Assembly: GCA_013239625.1 (NCBI GenBank) | Contig: MU053994.1 | Location: 995,775-1,059,774, forward strand | DNA: 64,000 nt | Direction of reading: 5' to 3' | Source: Lama guanicoe | Lineage: Eukaryota | Translations under genes and position numbers: made by a program | In this document: positions 12,895 through 26,300 of the stretch, one piece after another | How the letters are laid out: each line of letters begins with the position of its first letter | Numbering within the stretch: the first letter of the stretch is position 1 | The notes under the pieces: generated by a model | The model's input: only the letters and a program-made list of their open reading frames with translations | Database searches by the model: none | What the model was told of the DNA's origin: nothing

Positions 12895-14149
12895 AACTTA
12901 CAGCCTTAAGACGGTGATGTGATGTGGTGTGGAGAATTTTTCACCCCAGTTCTCACATTTTTTTGTAGTTGTTGGCAGCATCATTTTGATTAAACTTGGG
13001 GCAGTGCATTAGAAGTACCTAAACTGCATCCAGAATTATCACACCATTCACTCGATTACCCTCCAGCTCCTTGTTGCTTTTTGAGTAGGCTTGGAGGAGA
13101 CCTTGTGGAGAACTAGTGATGTTGCAGAAGGAGCCTTGGAATGGCAAAGCTGAGCAGAAGTGATTCAGCCTGACTGTGCTGCAGGACAGTGTTCCTGTGG
13201 CTGCAGACACATGATTAAAGACTCAGGGCCCCAGTCACTCTTCTTAGGAAACTGGACTGGAGGTGTGATACTCAGCACAAAAATATCGAAGAGCATTAGA
13301 GCTTGTTGCAGCTTAACGCTGCTCTGACCTGGGGGCCTGCAATGCCCTGAAGTTAGCATCACACGTGTAGGTAGGCCTTTTAGAAATCTGGCCTTCTCAT
13401 GGTCTTTATTTCCCCAGCCTTGTTTCATCTTTAGGTCTCAGCTCAATTTACTGTTTGTGGTTCACAAGGATAGAGCGCCTTAATAGCTGGAAACCAGGCC
13501 ATTCTCATCTAAATGGCATTGGCTTTTTTTTTTTTCTTTGCACAGGGAAGGGGCAAAGGGACTCTGGAATTGGCCTAATCATCGAGTTATGGCCGAATGA
13601 GTCTGATTTCCAGCGTTTACGATATTTTGTGCTGTGGAAGGTTTAGGATCCTTTTGGTGGTACTTGTGGAGGAGAATGAGGCATTTTCAAAATTGGGAAT
13701 ACAAAGGAGAAAAGAACAAAAAGTGATCATTTTAATTTATTTTATGCCTAGTTACAGTGCACAATGTCCACGTCAGTTTAGAACATGCTTGTGTTCTTCA
13801 TGCGGTGGGGAAGGTGCTGCTGTGCACTGTTAACGTCTGTCATTTTGATTTGTTGCAAACGCGTACTTGTTTCTAAGAGAAAATAGGGAATGGGTGTACC
13901 TCTCTGGTCTGTAGCTGTCTTTGTAGTCATGATTTTTGAAAATCAACAAACCATGGGTTTAAAGGGTGGTAAATACACAGGCCTCACCTAACAAATGTTA
14001 TTCTACATGGGTTTGAGGTTTTTTGTTTGTTTTAGTCTGTTTCCTTTCCCATAGTAGGACTGGATTTACGCCCATCTAGACTAAGACTTGGGCACACTGG
14101 TGAGGATTATGCCCCAGTGGTATACCCAGGTAAAGACTGTTTATGGATA

Positions 14150-14325
14150 TAGCAATATACTTAATATGACATGATTTAAAATCCACATATAATGAAAAAG
14201 AATATGAAAGGGAATACATATATATAAAACTGAATCACTATGCTGTATACCAGAAACTAACACAACATTGTAAATCAACTAGACTTTAATTTTTTAAAGA
14301 AGATATATTTTAAATGGAAAAAAAA
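14150..14325 (+). mobile_element. L1 3' end (artiodactyl-type 3' UTR), heavily 5'-truncated
   Basis: tataatgaaaaagaatatgaaa ... aactgaatcactatgctgtataccagaaactaacacaacattgtaaatcaacta. Confidence 0.85.
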
Positions 14326-16712
14326 TGGTCCAAGCATGTCTCCAGGTAGGGACCCAGTATATGTAGGGCAATTTTTGTACATCTCTTGACTATTCTGCCG
14401 TAATGATTATGTTATGTTTATTATATACCTTGAGGCCATTTAGGGGGCCAGCATTTCTGTCCTTTGTAATCCCTCTTATTCTTCCCTTCTACTTCTATAG
14501 TTTTCTTTTTGGTGCGATCTAGGATAGTTCAGATGATCTCTTTTTATTCCCAAATCATCTGGCGAAGACCCCTGCAACGTGGCCCCGCAGTCACGCAGAA
14601 GTGCTCCTCCATCTGTGAAGAGAAGTGAACGCTGCTCCTGTCCACATCCGCGCAGGGCAAGAGCCGAGGGAGAGTACCAAGGACTGGATAAGCCTGGAGT
14701 ACTGGCCTCTTAGCCTGTGCTGCTGCCCAGTTACATGTTCCTCTGGGGCAAAGTGGGACGGGTAGGTTCCACCCGCCTCATTTTTTTTTTTTTTGCTTCT
14801 GAATTTTAAGATTTTTTTCCCCTGTAAATCAGAGAATAAGTGATCAGTTTGCTGGAATTCTTCAGTATTCATAGGTATAGTAATTTTTTGAACAGGAACT
14901 GCTTTAAATTTTCTTTTTGTTTTTTAAATCCACCAACCTTGAAAGTAAATATCTTCCATTGGAATCTTTAAACATTCGTTTTGAATTTATTTTTTATTCT
15001 GGCATCCTAATGGTGCTGTTCTCAGTGCATTTTATGGCAGGAAGTTTGGGGTCAACTTAAAAGAGAACTGGTAAGGATCAGCATGGATGTGTCTTTGAAT
15101 TGCCTCAGTCCATTTGGGAATTTCAGTTCCCCCACCTATTTCCAAAGAGACCATTTGAATAAGCCTTGCCTCACTCTTTGTTTTGTTGTTTTTCCCCGAA
15201 TCCCAGGTTTGAAGTGGAGAAATTGCTCTAGTTTGAGACATTTCCTCTGTTGCTCCCCTAATTTGGGAGATGTGAATTGAAGAAAGAGCAGTTGCTTCTT
15301 GCCTTTACGATCTGCTGTGTCTTAGTTGAATACTTACCTAAACTCTAAGCTTTCATGTTGTGTCATGACTTCACCAGGACAATGCTTTTAATAGGTGTAA
15401 AGCTTCCAAAGGCTTTTTCAGCCCCGGTACATCTTTGATATATCCTATGCAGTTATATCTGGAGGTCTTATGACTGTGTTAAACTATGGAGAAGACAATC
15501 ATTTAGAGAACATTCTCCAGGGAATTGGCTCTAAAATTACACCTGCCTTTATTGGTGTAAACTGCTCGCCTTCTAATTGTGCTAATGCCATTAAGCTTTC
15601 AACAGTCTGGCATTCTGAAGTCACCCCAGACAATTGATCTTCATTTTGTTCCTGTAGCAGTGACGATGCTAATTGGTAAAATTCCACTGCACGGAGTTGT
15701 AGGTCTCCAAGTTAGCATTTATTTGTTTGGTTTGCATAAAACTCTCCTTCTATACCCAACAGCTTCCAAATTGGTGGCTATTAACCCTTTTTAGGCCATT
15801 TTATTTCCGAGCAACCTGGTTGTGAGATAATCTAAAACATTGAATCTTTAAAATACTGTTTGAGCTAGGGACAAAATAAAATTGTGTTAACAAGCAGAAC
15901 CAGAGTTAATTTCAGCTACTAACTGTTAAACTACTGTACTTTCAAGAGTTCACTTCCACTGGCCCGCTGGCTGCCAGAAAGGAAGGTTTGAAATGGTTGG
16001 CCTTGTGGCATTTAATTAGTCTTGGCAAAAGCTGAAGTCCAGTTTGATTTCATGACTTAATGCTGTAATATTTGTTGGCTGTTGTTTGTCAGTGTTACGC
16101 TTGTCAGGAAGGTATCTCTACCAAGAGTTACACATGTGAATATCTCCAAAATGGCTCTTATCAAGGAAGGAACACTTTAAAGACTTGAATGTTGACTGAT
16201 GATTTCATTTTTGCCATCACCGTTAATGAGAAGAATTTTGCTCTACTATTTAAGAATATAAACCAGATCATTAATTGATAAAGAAGAAGAAAGATCATCT
16301 GTAGGAGGGTAAACCTTAGGGCGATATGCAGCCATCCAAGGAGAGAAGCCTAGAGGTCATGTGGTCTAGATTTGCTTTTCAACTGCACAAGTGTCTTCTT
16401 CTGGTTCCTGGATCGAGGAATATCCAGCCTCCAGAGATGGGGCACATACAACCCCACCAAGTAGTCTAAGGCCATGTGGTATATGTTTATGTACAAAGAT
16501 GTTTTCTTAACTATGCCTTCTTAAAACATCTATCCTTCTGGTCTTGGGTTTACTTTGTGGAGCAAAGCAGGCTAAGTCCACTTGTACTTGCACGTGATAA
16601 ATCTTAAGATTTTTAAAAATCTCCTTAATGCTTTCCTGTTGCTGAAGTCAACCCCATTTAAACTGTTTATCAGAGAAAAGATTTATTTTAGTTTTTCTAA
16701 GAAGCCAGTCCC

Positions 16713-16790
16713 CCTCATTCATTCAACCATCAGATAGCTATTGTGTACATACTTTGGATAAGGCCTTACTTATCCAAAGTTAGGTACTGC
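16713..16790 (-). mobile_element. L2 3' end fragment containing a perfect 12-bp-arm hairpin (16751-16780)
   Basis: ctcattcattcaac ... taggtactg; actttggataag-gcctta-cttatccaaagt. Confidence 0.6.
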
Positions 16791-19119
16791 CTGAATTTAG
16801 CCTTAAGAGAAATAGTCAAATGATAGAAGCTATGTACACAAATGATAGTTACAAAGGGGACCACAAAACCAGTACTCTTACAGATGGTAATAAATTTAAA
16901 ATTTAAAGGTACTTCTGTTTGTTTTTTTTTGGCAAAATAACTTACATCAGGAAACTGTGTTAACTGATTAGTATTTAGTGTTGACTGAGGTAGAGACAGC
17001 TACTTCTCCAAGTAAATCTAACTGGTTAGATTAATCATGAGAATTTTCTTTAACATCCACATTCATAAAGAAAGTACTTTCTCTGACTTTGTTTTACTGT
17101 CTCTTTTTATCCATTTGTTACAGAATTTAAAGCTTTGATGTTTTCATGTCAATGTGAGCTAATTATTGGGTTATCAGCCAACTGAGCATTTCTTATTTAT
17201 AGGTTCGTGCCTTTTGGTCTCTTAGTTTTTATTTTCCTTTTACATTTCCAAATGCTTTCTCAATTTGAATAAAGTGGGCCATAGAAAGACTAGTATTTTC
17301 AATACCTATAGATTGTATTGCTGTTCTCTTTTAAAAATGTTTATCATTTCAATGATCTTTTATACTAGGGTTTTCAGTGATATCCACCACTTTGCTAATT
17401 TCATTTTCTTTAAAATGTTGTTAACTAACTAACTCCAGCCCTCAACTTTGGTTATATTTGAGATGACTGCTAGATGCCTACGTCAGAACTAGTTCATTTA
17501 TACTAGTAAAAGGTTGATAACAGATAGCACTATTATCCTAGTTCGTAGTGGTTAATACTTAAAAGTGTACAAATCAAAATATTTAGATCAGTCATTCTCA
17601 CTTTTATTTCAGATTGGTTTGCCTATTAAATATGTATATAGATGTTCTTATGCAAAGAAGTGACAGAAAGGTCCTTGAATCGGGTAGCTGATAGCCAAGG
17701 CTACTTGGGTATCTGAAGATTTAGGGGAGAGAAAAGGCAAATTGGCTTGTGTTCTTAGCACCTAAAAGCTCTGACAGACCTGCATAAGGCTTTAGAAAAT
17801 AAATCCCATCAAACGCTCCTCTGTCATTCCACAACTCATATTTGTATGTGAATAATTGTAGGTTTTGGTCAAAGGTTTGTCCAGATCATTTTAAAGATGA
17901 TTTAAAACGGAACTAACGTTTCTGGGACTTGGCACTTGCCTTGTTCCGCTGTTAGGGCTGTGACTCCGGTGGTCTGTGTTTTACCCGGCAGGTGAATCTG
18001 ATCTGGCCCCCGGCTGTACCCCATCTCTCTCTGGCTGGGTTTTAGAAGTGGGCAGGAGAGAGTCGCCATGGTAGCAGCATTCCCAATTCCTCTGTCTGCT
18101 TAGGGACTTTATTTAGTCTCATCATCCAGATTATTTTCCTTCCTGTCCTCTTTCCTTCACGAGGAACCTCACATTTATTGACACAGCTCTTGGCAGCATC
18201 CCGAGGATCCTCGTAAAACTTCTTTCCAGCCTCTCAGTGCTTTGTGAGATAGACCAGAGACATGAAAAATTTGTGCCTCAGAGGTGCAAGAAGTAGCACT
18301 TGAACCTCAGCTGTCTGATACTGCTCAACCTCTGTCCCTGTCTGCATGGGCCGATAAGGAGACGTGGGCAGGAGGGGTCTGGGAAGTGAGTCCTTCCACC
18401 ATGAACAAATGTGAGGGTGCTTATCTAGGCCGAAGGCCATGAGAGAAGCAGGATGTGACCCAGCAGGCAGGGCCGTAGCCCTGGATCTGACTCCACGGTG
18501 AACTTCCAGGCAGTGAACCCTGCCTGGTCCTGGAACTTTGGTATTGGCTGAGTGGATTCTATGCAGCCTCTGTTACTGCCATCTCAGACTCTCCTTCTTC
18601 TCCTTGCCTGAGAGCAGCCTGACACAGATGTATCTTTGGGGGTACATCCGTGACTTGTGACTTCCCACTGCAAAAATAAATGACATCTTTACCCTGAACT
18701 CTGAAGATTGGAGGAGAAAAGAGCTAATTAATCCAGTCAATGAAATCAAGTTTAAATTAGTTTTAAAGGAAACAGACCCCAAGACCTAGTTTGAATTTTG
18801 TCCTTTAACTTGAATGGAGGGGTTTTCTCGCAGAGACGGAGATGCCTCTGAAGGAAGAAAACCATTATGGAATGTCTCTTCTGTTCCATTTTGGCAAGAT
18901 GTTTGGGGGCAGAGGCAATGTCATAAAAGGATCTTGCTTCGAAACTATTTCCGTTTCCTAAAGAAGATGATGTAAGTCTCTCTGGTTAAATTGCTTATGA
19001 AATAGACACCATTTCCCTTCTTTTGTTGATGAGGATGAATGATATTTCACTTTTAGAAATGTCACTGTCAGAAAGAGAAGAAAAATAAAGCAAGCTTTGG
19101 AAAAATCTAAAAACGTGAT

Positions 19120-19370
19120 GCCGATAGCTAATGTTTATTGAACACTTACTATATGCCCCATGTTGTGGTACCTCATTTAGTCCTTAGTACAACCTTGTGT
19201 TATATTGTCTTTTTCTTTTATTGTATTCGTGTACTATCTTTTTAGGTAGTAAAATTGTCTTCATTTAACAGTTAAGGAAACTGAGGGAGAAGATAAGTAA
19301 GTTGCCCAAAGTCCCACAGCAGTAAATTACAGCGTGGGACTCTAAGCCATTTTCCAAACCGCTGTTCTAC
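19120..19370 (-). mobile_element. MIR relic
   Basis: gatagctaatgtttattgaacacttactat ... ggaaactgagg ... aagtaagttgcccaaagtcccacagcagtaa. Confidence 0.8.
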
Positions 19371-21439
19371 TACCTGTGTGAGCCCTTGCAGGTGAGGGGG
19401 TGGCTGTGGGGCTGCATGGCTACCCCATGGCCAACTCCAGGGAGGCAGGGCGTGCAGGCCTTAGTTTGTGACTAATACCCCACGAAACTCATTGCAAGCT
19501 TCCCATTTCTGTCAAAGGATTCAATTACTCGTTTTTCAGACGAAATTTTTTAAATTCCTTACTGGCAGCCCCACTAATGTATATGTACTTGCTAATTAGG
19601 GAGGATTTATTTTGCAAAACTTGCATGGGTTGTACTCCAGCCTCAGACAAGCCACATCTGAGTCAAATAGTGCCGAGCCCTCCTGGTGTTGATGGTAAGA
19701 ATAGCTAAGTGTATCTGCCCTCTTCACTCTTTCATAAGTCAAACCACTTAGCAGCAAAACAGAAGCTGTTTCTTCTGCGATTTTCTTTTCCCTTGCTCCA
19801 ATCATTTCATAACCATTCCTCAGACTTTGAGTAAATGGTATTCACCCTTTCCTCATAGAGAAACATTTAAAGTTGCAGATTACCCTCTGTTCCAAAGCTG
19901 TCTCTGTTCGCAATCAAATGTCTTACACTCAGGAACAGGGAGGCCACCAAGCAAATCTCCAAGGTAATTTTTGGATGAGAATTAACACAAAGAGTAGAAC
20001 ATCATGGAAAAAGATGCAACTCCAGCCCCAAGGCCATCGTGTTGAGCAGAAGTGAAAGATGACACTAACAGTTGAGGCACCTGTTGGGAGGGGCCAGGCC
20101 GGGCATCCGCAGGCCTGTGGGCCTGGTAACTTAAGTCAGTATGAGGGCCAGGCAAGATTTTTTTTTCCATGCCTTTTCTAATAAGACTGTGGTCCTATTG
20201 AAGAAACATCACAGGGCAAATTGCCAAGATGTCACAAAGCATGTGGTTGTAAGAAATTACCCCTTCGTAATTCAAGTTCATTGTTGCATCCTGACTTTCT
20301 GGGAAGTTTTTCCTTAGCTGGCCACATTGGAAGTTCCTGTGTCTTGGTTAGGATTTCAGCTTACTGCTGCTTTTGGTATCCTGCAAATTGGCCTTTGCGT
20401 ATTCTAACTGGCAGATTTCCTTCCTGTAAAATTCCGAAATTGCTTGAAAGTCAATTATATGTCAATTAAAACAAAATCCAAAAGTGGTGCTTTTAATTCA
20501 TATGATGGGTGAGTCAGTTATTCTGCTGTTGCTTTAATTTGCTTCCTCTAAGACTCCTTCCCCCATTGGTTTCCGCTTACATGCTCAAGGCCATATCCAT
20601 ATCGAAGAGATATATAATCTTGTGTCTTTGGTCCTAGACTTAGAAATGTCATGGCAGTCATTGCTTCGGTTCCATACTGGGTCCCTAGGGTGGCCCGGTT
20701 CAGTCGAGTTTGTTTTCCTTCCTGTGCTGCTAAGTTATCACTGGGGACGCTGAACTCAGTTTTTCCTTCCCAGTTGCCTCTTGAAACACAGCCATCTTTC
20801 CTCGCAGGAGAGCAAGCCCCTGCTGATAGGAAATCTTTCCGTGCACGCACGCACACGGCAGTTTGCCAGCGTGGATGGCTGCCAATGGTTTTCTCTAGCT
20901 GCAAGGAGTTTATTTTCCTGGATGGCCATGCTGGGCCACACAGGTGGCCCGCGGCACAGTAGGCTCTTCATTGATAGAAGCTTCTTTGTGGAGAAGTGCC
21001 TCTGGTGTGCTTGGGATTCCCACAGACATTTGTGACAGCTGAGCGATGCAAAAAAAAAAATGTTTTCATGTTGCAGTGATTCGGAGCTTACTGTGAAGCG
21101 GAGGATGTGTTAAGATGCAGGTGTGCTGTGGCCTCTCCAGAGGTAATGGCTTGCCCCGGCCCCAGGAGGACCAGGCGACTGGTACATCAGACCTGGAGCC
21201 CCCCCCAGCCAGGAACCACCCCCACTCTCCATTGACCTGTTTAAGTATTAAGGATTCCCCACCATGTACTATGACTTTGTAGGGCATGGCACAGGCCCCG
21301 GCTGACTTTGCGAGGGCAAAGAAAGGGCAGCTCCTTAGGACTACACATTAGGGAGCTATACCTCCCTCCCCTCTAAGTCCCCAGCTCCAGCAAAATGCTG
21401 CAGCCTTTGATCTTCTGAGGGTTTTTTTGTCTTTGAAAT

Positions 21440-21671
21440 TATTTTTATTGAAGTATAGTCAGTTTACAATGTTGTGTCAATTTCTGGCGTACAGCATAAT
21501 GTTTCATTCATACACGTACATACATATATTCCTTTTCATATTCTTTCTCATTATAGGTTACTACAAGGTATTGACTATAGTCCCCTGTGCTGTACAGTAG
21601 AAACTTGTTGTTTATCTATTTTATATATAGTAGTTAGTAGTATCTGCAAATCCCGAACTCCCAATTTATCC
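21440..21671 (-). mobile_element. L1 3' end (artiodactyl-type 3' UTR), 5'-truncated
   Basis: tttttattgaagtatagtcagtttacaatgttgtg ... tatagtcccctgtgctgtacagtag ... ctcccaatttatcc; possible short TSD ttgaaat. Confidence 0.9.
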
Positions 21672-22499
21672 AATTGAAATCGTATTGACTTATCTCCTTA
21701 TCTCTATGTGGCGTCTGTCCAAAAACACAGAGCAAGAGGCCGTCTAGGGCACAACCTGAGTGCTACCTAGAGAATGATATGTTCAGTAGAGTAGAAAATA
21801 TCAGAATGCATGCTGGGAGGGCAGGTGAGTACTGCTCTGAGAAACCCTCATTTAAGTTGTGTATACAGGGTTTCAGTATAAATCTTAATTCTTATGTAGA
21901 TTGATCATGGACAAGTCTGAAACCCTTGACTTTGACACTAGTCTCAAATTGTCTCCCACTCCCATCAACTTGCTTTTGCAGTCGGCCCAGCTTCTGCTAA
22001 AGCCTCAGTTGGGTGGAACCATCCTTAATTATATGGACCTGGGGCCCTGCTAGGTCTTAAATCATCAAAGACAGATTAAATTATGGCCACAATGCACTCT
22101 CTGAGGCAAAGGATAGACTCACGGATTTAAGATTTTTTTTAAGAGTTTAAACAAATGGGCTTTCTATTAATTCTCAGTTAATAAGAAAACTCACTGAACC
22201 CTAGTATGACACTGTACACACTCTGGTTAATTGGCACTTCTCCCTAGAATGCAGGAGGTTAAAGCAGGCAGCAGGCGGGGACCTTCTCTGGGGAAAGGGT
22301 GGGCTTTGGTACCTTTGGTTTTCGTGCTGTAATAGGTGGGGCCTTCCTAGTGTGAGTGGAGAATGCACTTAGCTACCTGTACAACACCCTTTGCCTCTGA
22401 CCCACCGCATAGGTAAGTAATTGTTCTAGCAGGCTTCTCTGAGCCACATCGAGAAAGCATCTGCAAAGACATTTATTTAGTCTTTAGAAGAATAAGGAG

Positions 22500-22730
22500 A
22501 GCAGCAGCCACAGTGTATTGGGCATTGATGGTTAGGCCTGGGCCTAAGTGGTTTAGTTTACATCAGCTCATCTGATCCACTTACCAGCCCTCTCGCAGGT
22601 GGCTATCATCATCCCCTTTGAGGAGAAGGAAAACTGGGTCTCAGGGAAATTAAAAGAACTTACCCAAGGTTGTATACCTAAGTGGAAGACAAGGGATACC
22701 AGTGAGCCCAGCATGTGTACCCAGAACCCA
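22500..22730 (-). mobile_element. MIR relic
   Basis: atcatcccctttgaggagaaggaaaactgggtctcaggg ... acttacccaagg. Confidence 0.6.
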
Positions 22731-23341
22731 GCATGGGGAGGGGGTGGCCTCTTTACGCTGAGGGTATGCTCCCTTCTGCCTGAAATGTTCTCCCCTGGCC
22801 ATCCCCAGCCGGCAGGATCTCTTCCATCTGGCTGGCTCTAGTCTGAATGTTTAGTTTCACGAAGTGATTTCCTGTTTGCTGTACCCACGTGGCACATGGT
22901 TGTCCCTCTTGTGACATGTCACATTCTGCTGCGTATTGGCTTATTGTTGTCAGATGTGAGTATTATCTGTCCTTAGATTGCAGTTCTCAGTGGATGGTTG
23001 TATTGCTGCTGCTTTGGATTTGGTGAGGAAGTACCCACTGTCTTCATCGGTGGGATCTGCTTTGGCAATTTCAAGTTCAGGCCCCGCCCTTCCTTCGTCT
23101 CTGAGCAATGATTCTTGTTCTTGAGGGATGAGAATATTTTCCTTCACCTGCACAGTAATCACTATGAGGTAATTTTATATGACAGTCATTTGTTTTCTGA
23201 TTGTGACTGTATTTGTCAGAGCGATTCTTTTCAGAACTTCAGCCATAATGGGATAGGCTTTTTGAAAGTGTATGCACAAGTAAAAATTGACAGTTTTAAG
23301 CTACAACAGCTCTGTTTCTTTTTTTTTTTTTTTTTGTTTTT

Positions 23342-23471
23342 NNNNNNNNNNNNNNNNNNNNNNNNNNNNNNNNNNNNNNNNNNNNNNNNNNNNNNNNNNN
23401 NNNNNNNNNNNNNNNNNNNNNNNNNNNNNNNNNNNNNNNNNNNNNNNNNNNNNNNNNNNNNNNNNNNNNNN
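23342..23471. other. Assembly gap (130 N) flanked on both sides by poly(T)
   Basis: Directly visible. Confidence 1.
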
Positions 23472-23574
23472 TTTTTTTTTTTTTTTTTTGCTGTTAGATG
23501 CCTTCATGAGTTTTGAAAGGGGATGAGGAGGAAGCCAGGAAAAAGAGAAGTAGGTTTAAAATGGGCTAGTATCA

Positions 23575-23680
23575 GAGGGGAGGCTCAGTGGTAGAGTATG
23601 TTCTTAGCATGCACAAGGTCCTGGGTTCAATCCCCGGCAGCTCCATTAAAATAAATAAACCTAATTACCTACCCGCCTCC
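23575..23680 (+). mobile_element. tRNA-derived SINE, camelid Vic-1-like, with 17-bp TSD
   Basis: A-box gctcagtggtagag, B-box gggttcaatccc, tail aaataaataaacctaattacct; exact TSD aaaatgggctagtatca at 23558-23574 and 23681-23697, at a TT|AAAA L1-endonuclease site. Confidence 0.9.
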
Positions 23681-23789
23681 AAAATGGGCTAGTATCAAAA
23701 TTGGATTTTCTTTGCATTTTACAGGATAATTGAAACTTGATTTACCAGAATTGGATGTCTAGACAGCTTCCCTTGTAGGGGAAGGGAAA

Positions 23790-24065
23790 CTAACATTTCT
23801 TGAGCCCCTGGATTGTGCCAGGTTCCACATTCAACATGTTTCTACTCTTCCTGGCTTCCTCCCTACCCCCTCTGAAAACTCATAAATAGCATAACAGCAA
23901 ACTCTGGGAACAATTGGGCAATTCCCAAGATTGCATCTTATCTCTGCTTTTATAGATATGGAAACGGGCTTAGCGAGGTGGTGCTCAAGGTGACAACGAT
24001 CCCTATCTGACGAAGCTGCTGGAATTGAACTCAGGCCCACCTTACCCCAAAGCTCTTTGTCCACA
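23790..24065 (-). mobile_element. MIR relic, interrupted
   Basis: ctaacatttcttgagc ... tgtgccagg; ttttatagatatggaaacgggcttagcgagg ... ggaattgaactcagg. Confidence 0.65.
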
Positions 24066-24424
24066 GCATTTGCTGTTCAGGGAGAAGCCCTGGAATTTTC
24101 CTTGTAGAATAAGAGAGAGGCTTTCAGTTAGTGTCTTCCTGAACAGGCTCTCCTCACCCCTTTGCCAAGGCTGACTTGATTAAAGCACTTACGCTTTGAG
24201 ATGAATTGCTATTTTATTGCCAGTTAAGGGTATTTTTCTCTCCTCCTGCTAAAATTTTAACTATGAAATATGCCTTTTAAAGTGACATTTCAGGGACTCT
24301 TGACATTTATATGGGAAGGAGCAATGAGAGCAGAAGCCCACCTCACGCTTCTTGAATTACATTAAGTAGGAGACACCTGCCTGTGAGTTGAGGCTGATTC
24401 TGCTTTGGAAGTTAAGTTACAGCA

Positions 24425-24650
24425 GTGAGCAGGACATTTATTGAGCCCTTTCTAGGTTTTAGGCGCGGCCCCAAGCACTTGAGCTGTATTTCACGGACTC
24501 CTAACTAGGCGTCCATGAGATAAGTGTGTGATCCCCATTTGACACAGGAGATGAGGGAGGCTTTGCCCAAGGTCACACGTTAGCTAGTCATGGGAGCTGG
24601 GCTTTGTGTCTGGCCAGATGCAAGGCAAAGCCTTCGCTCAGTCTTCATGC
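24425..24650 (-). mobile_element. MIR relic
   Basis: acattttattgagc ... atccccatttgaca ... ttgcccaaggtcacacgttagct. Confidence 0.7.
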
Positions 24651-26069
24651 TCCAGGATTTGCGCACCAATTCTCAGCCTTGGTGACTAGTGCACGCCCTC
24701 CCAGCGAGAGGTCTCAGATATGTTCACAGCACAATTGATGCTCAGAGTGCAGCGCCCTCTCCAAGGACTTCTTCTGTCTGCAGTTCTAAAGAGAGGCTTT
24801 GGACTTTCTCAGGTGAAGGTTTGTTCCTTCCAGATGTTTGTTTGGAGCTGAAGAAAGAAAAGTGTAAGAACCTAATAAGGCAACTGCCCTCATGAAGGCA
24901 TGTACTTCCTTCTTAACTTGCTGAACCTAAGTTCTGGCTTATTTTTACCTTCAGGGTGATGTTGACAGAGTTAATTATGAGGAAAGGAGTCCAAAAACCC
25001 TTTCTGAAGGAGGCAGCCATCCTCTGGCCAGCACTGCCCCACAGCAGGGATGTCTCTGGGATGCCGTTTCCTTGGTGTACTGTCCACAGTGCTTTCCCAT
25101 TTTGTTTCAGAGCATTTCCCATTGTGTCCCTGTGGAGCGGAAATTATTTCCATTTTATACACTGGAGGTTGCGGCTTAGACCAAAAATGGCAGAGATGGG
25201 ATGTAGAAGGAGAGGTTAAAAAGGGACAGAATGGAAAAAAATGCCTTCTCCCTTTTATCATTTTATCTTGGGATTTGTGAGGTCTGTCTCGACTAGCTGC
25301 CACCTCATCCTGCTCCTGTCCCTTAATTTTCCTTGCAAGGTGTAAAATACTGATTTCTATTAGGTATGAAGAGCCCTCCTCCTATTATAGTCGATATTTG
25401 TCACATTGTCACATTTTTTCCCCTCAAAGCCATTAGCAGTTTCTTTTGTTCTGTCTCTGACATGCTCTGGTGTGTGCATTTGTTTTCCAAGAGTGAATCT
25501 GTAACTTGTCTTCAGCCTTGTCTACAGTGACGCCTGGGGATTAAATGGAATGCATCTCAAGGTTATAGGTACCATTAAATTGGGCAGCTGTGGCAAGGAT
25601 GTCTCAAGGCTAGACTGAAGATTCAGGGTGACTCATTGAAGAAGTCAGCAGAATGCTGCTGAGTAAGGGCAAGTGGACAATACCATCACGGGGGGAAACA
25701 GCCACCCAGTCTCTGTGGATATTTACAGGATACTTACCCTTTGCTCATCACTGTGTTGAGTACTGTGGTAGACTCAGAAATGGCTGGGAGGTTGTCTGTA
25801 TTTTCCAGCTATCATCTATTTGGAGAGCTAAGGCCTAAAACACGAAACAGAGAAAGAAGCGTCTCACTATAAGTGCAAATAGGGTGGCTTTGTAATCTAG
25901 GGTGTTGGCTTTAGTGCAGTGACATTGAAAGTAAAATGGTTCAACAATATGGCACCTTTAACCTGAGGAAGACTCCCCCTACTGAGAAGGTGCACATGTA
26001 AATGATTAAAATGTAGGCTAATCATGTGATGGAAAGATACACGAGTAGGCAGCTGGGGGGCAGTGATGA

Positions 26070-26300
26070 AAGCTTAGTCTGGACTATTACTGCTTGGATT
26101 CAAATCCTAACTCTGCCACTTACTGGCTATGTGATCTTGGGTGGCTTATTTAACCACTCTGTACCTCCATTTCCTCATCTGTAAAATGGGGAGTAGTAAT
26201 AGTATCTACCTCATGGGAGGTGGGATTGTTATAAGGACTAAGTTGATACACACACTCTTATAAGAGTTCCTGGTATGTGGCAATGCTGTGTAAGTGATGG
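26070..26300 (+). mobile_element. MIR SINE
   Basis: ttcaaatcctaactctgccacttactggctatgtgatcttggg ... tttcctcatctgtaaaatgggga. Confidence 0.9.

Noticed and set aside
23575..23645. tRNA-Ala-like sequences (also at ~32000 and ~58900)
   Set aside because: They have SINE tails and, in two cases, TSDs, with degenerate cloverleaves; they are SINEs rather than tRNA genes.
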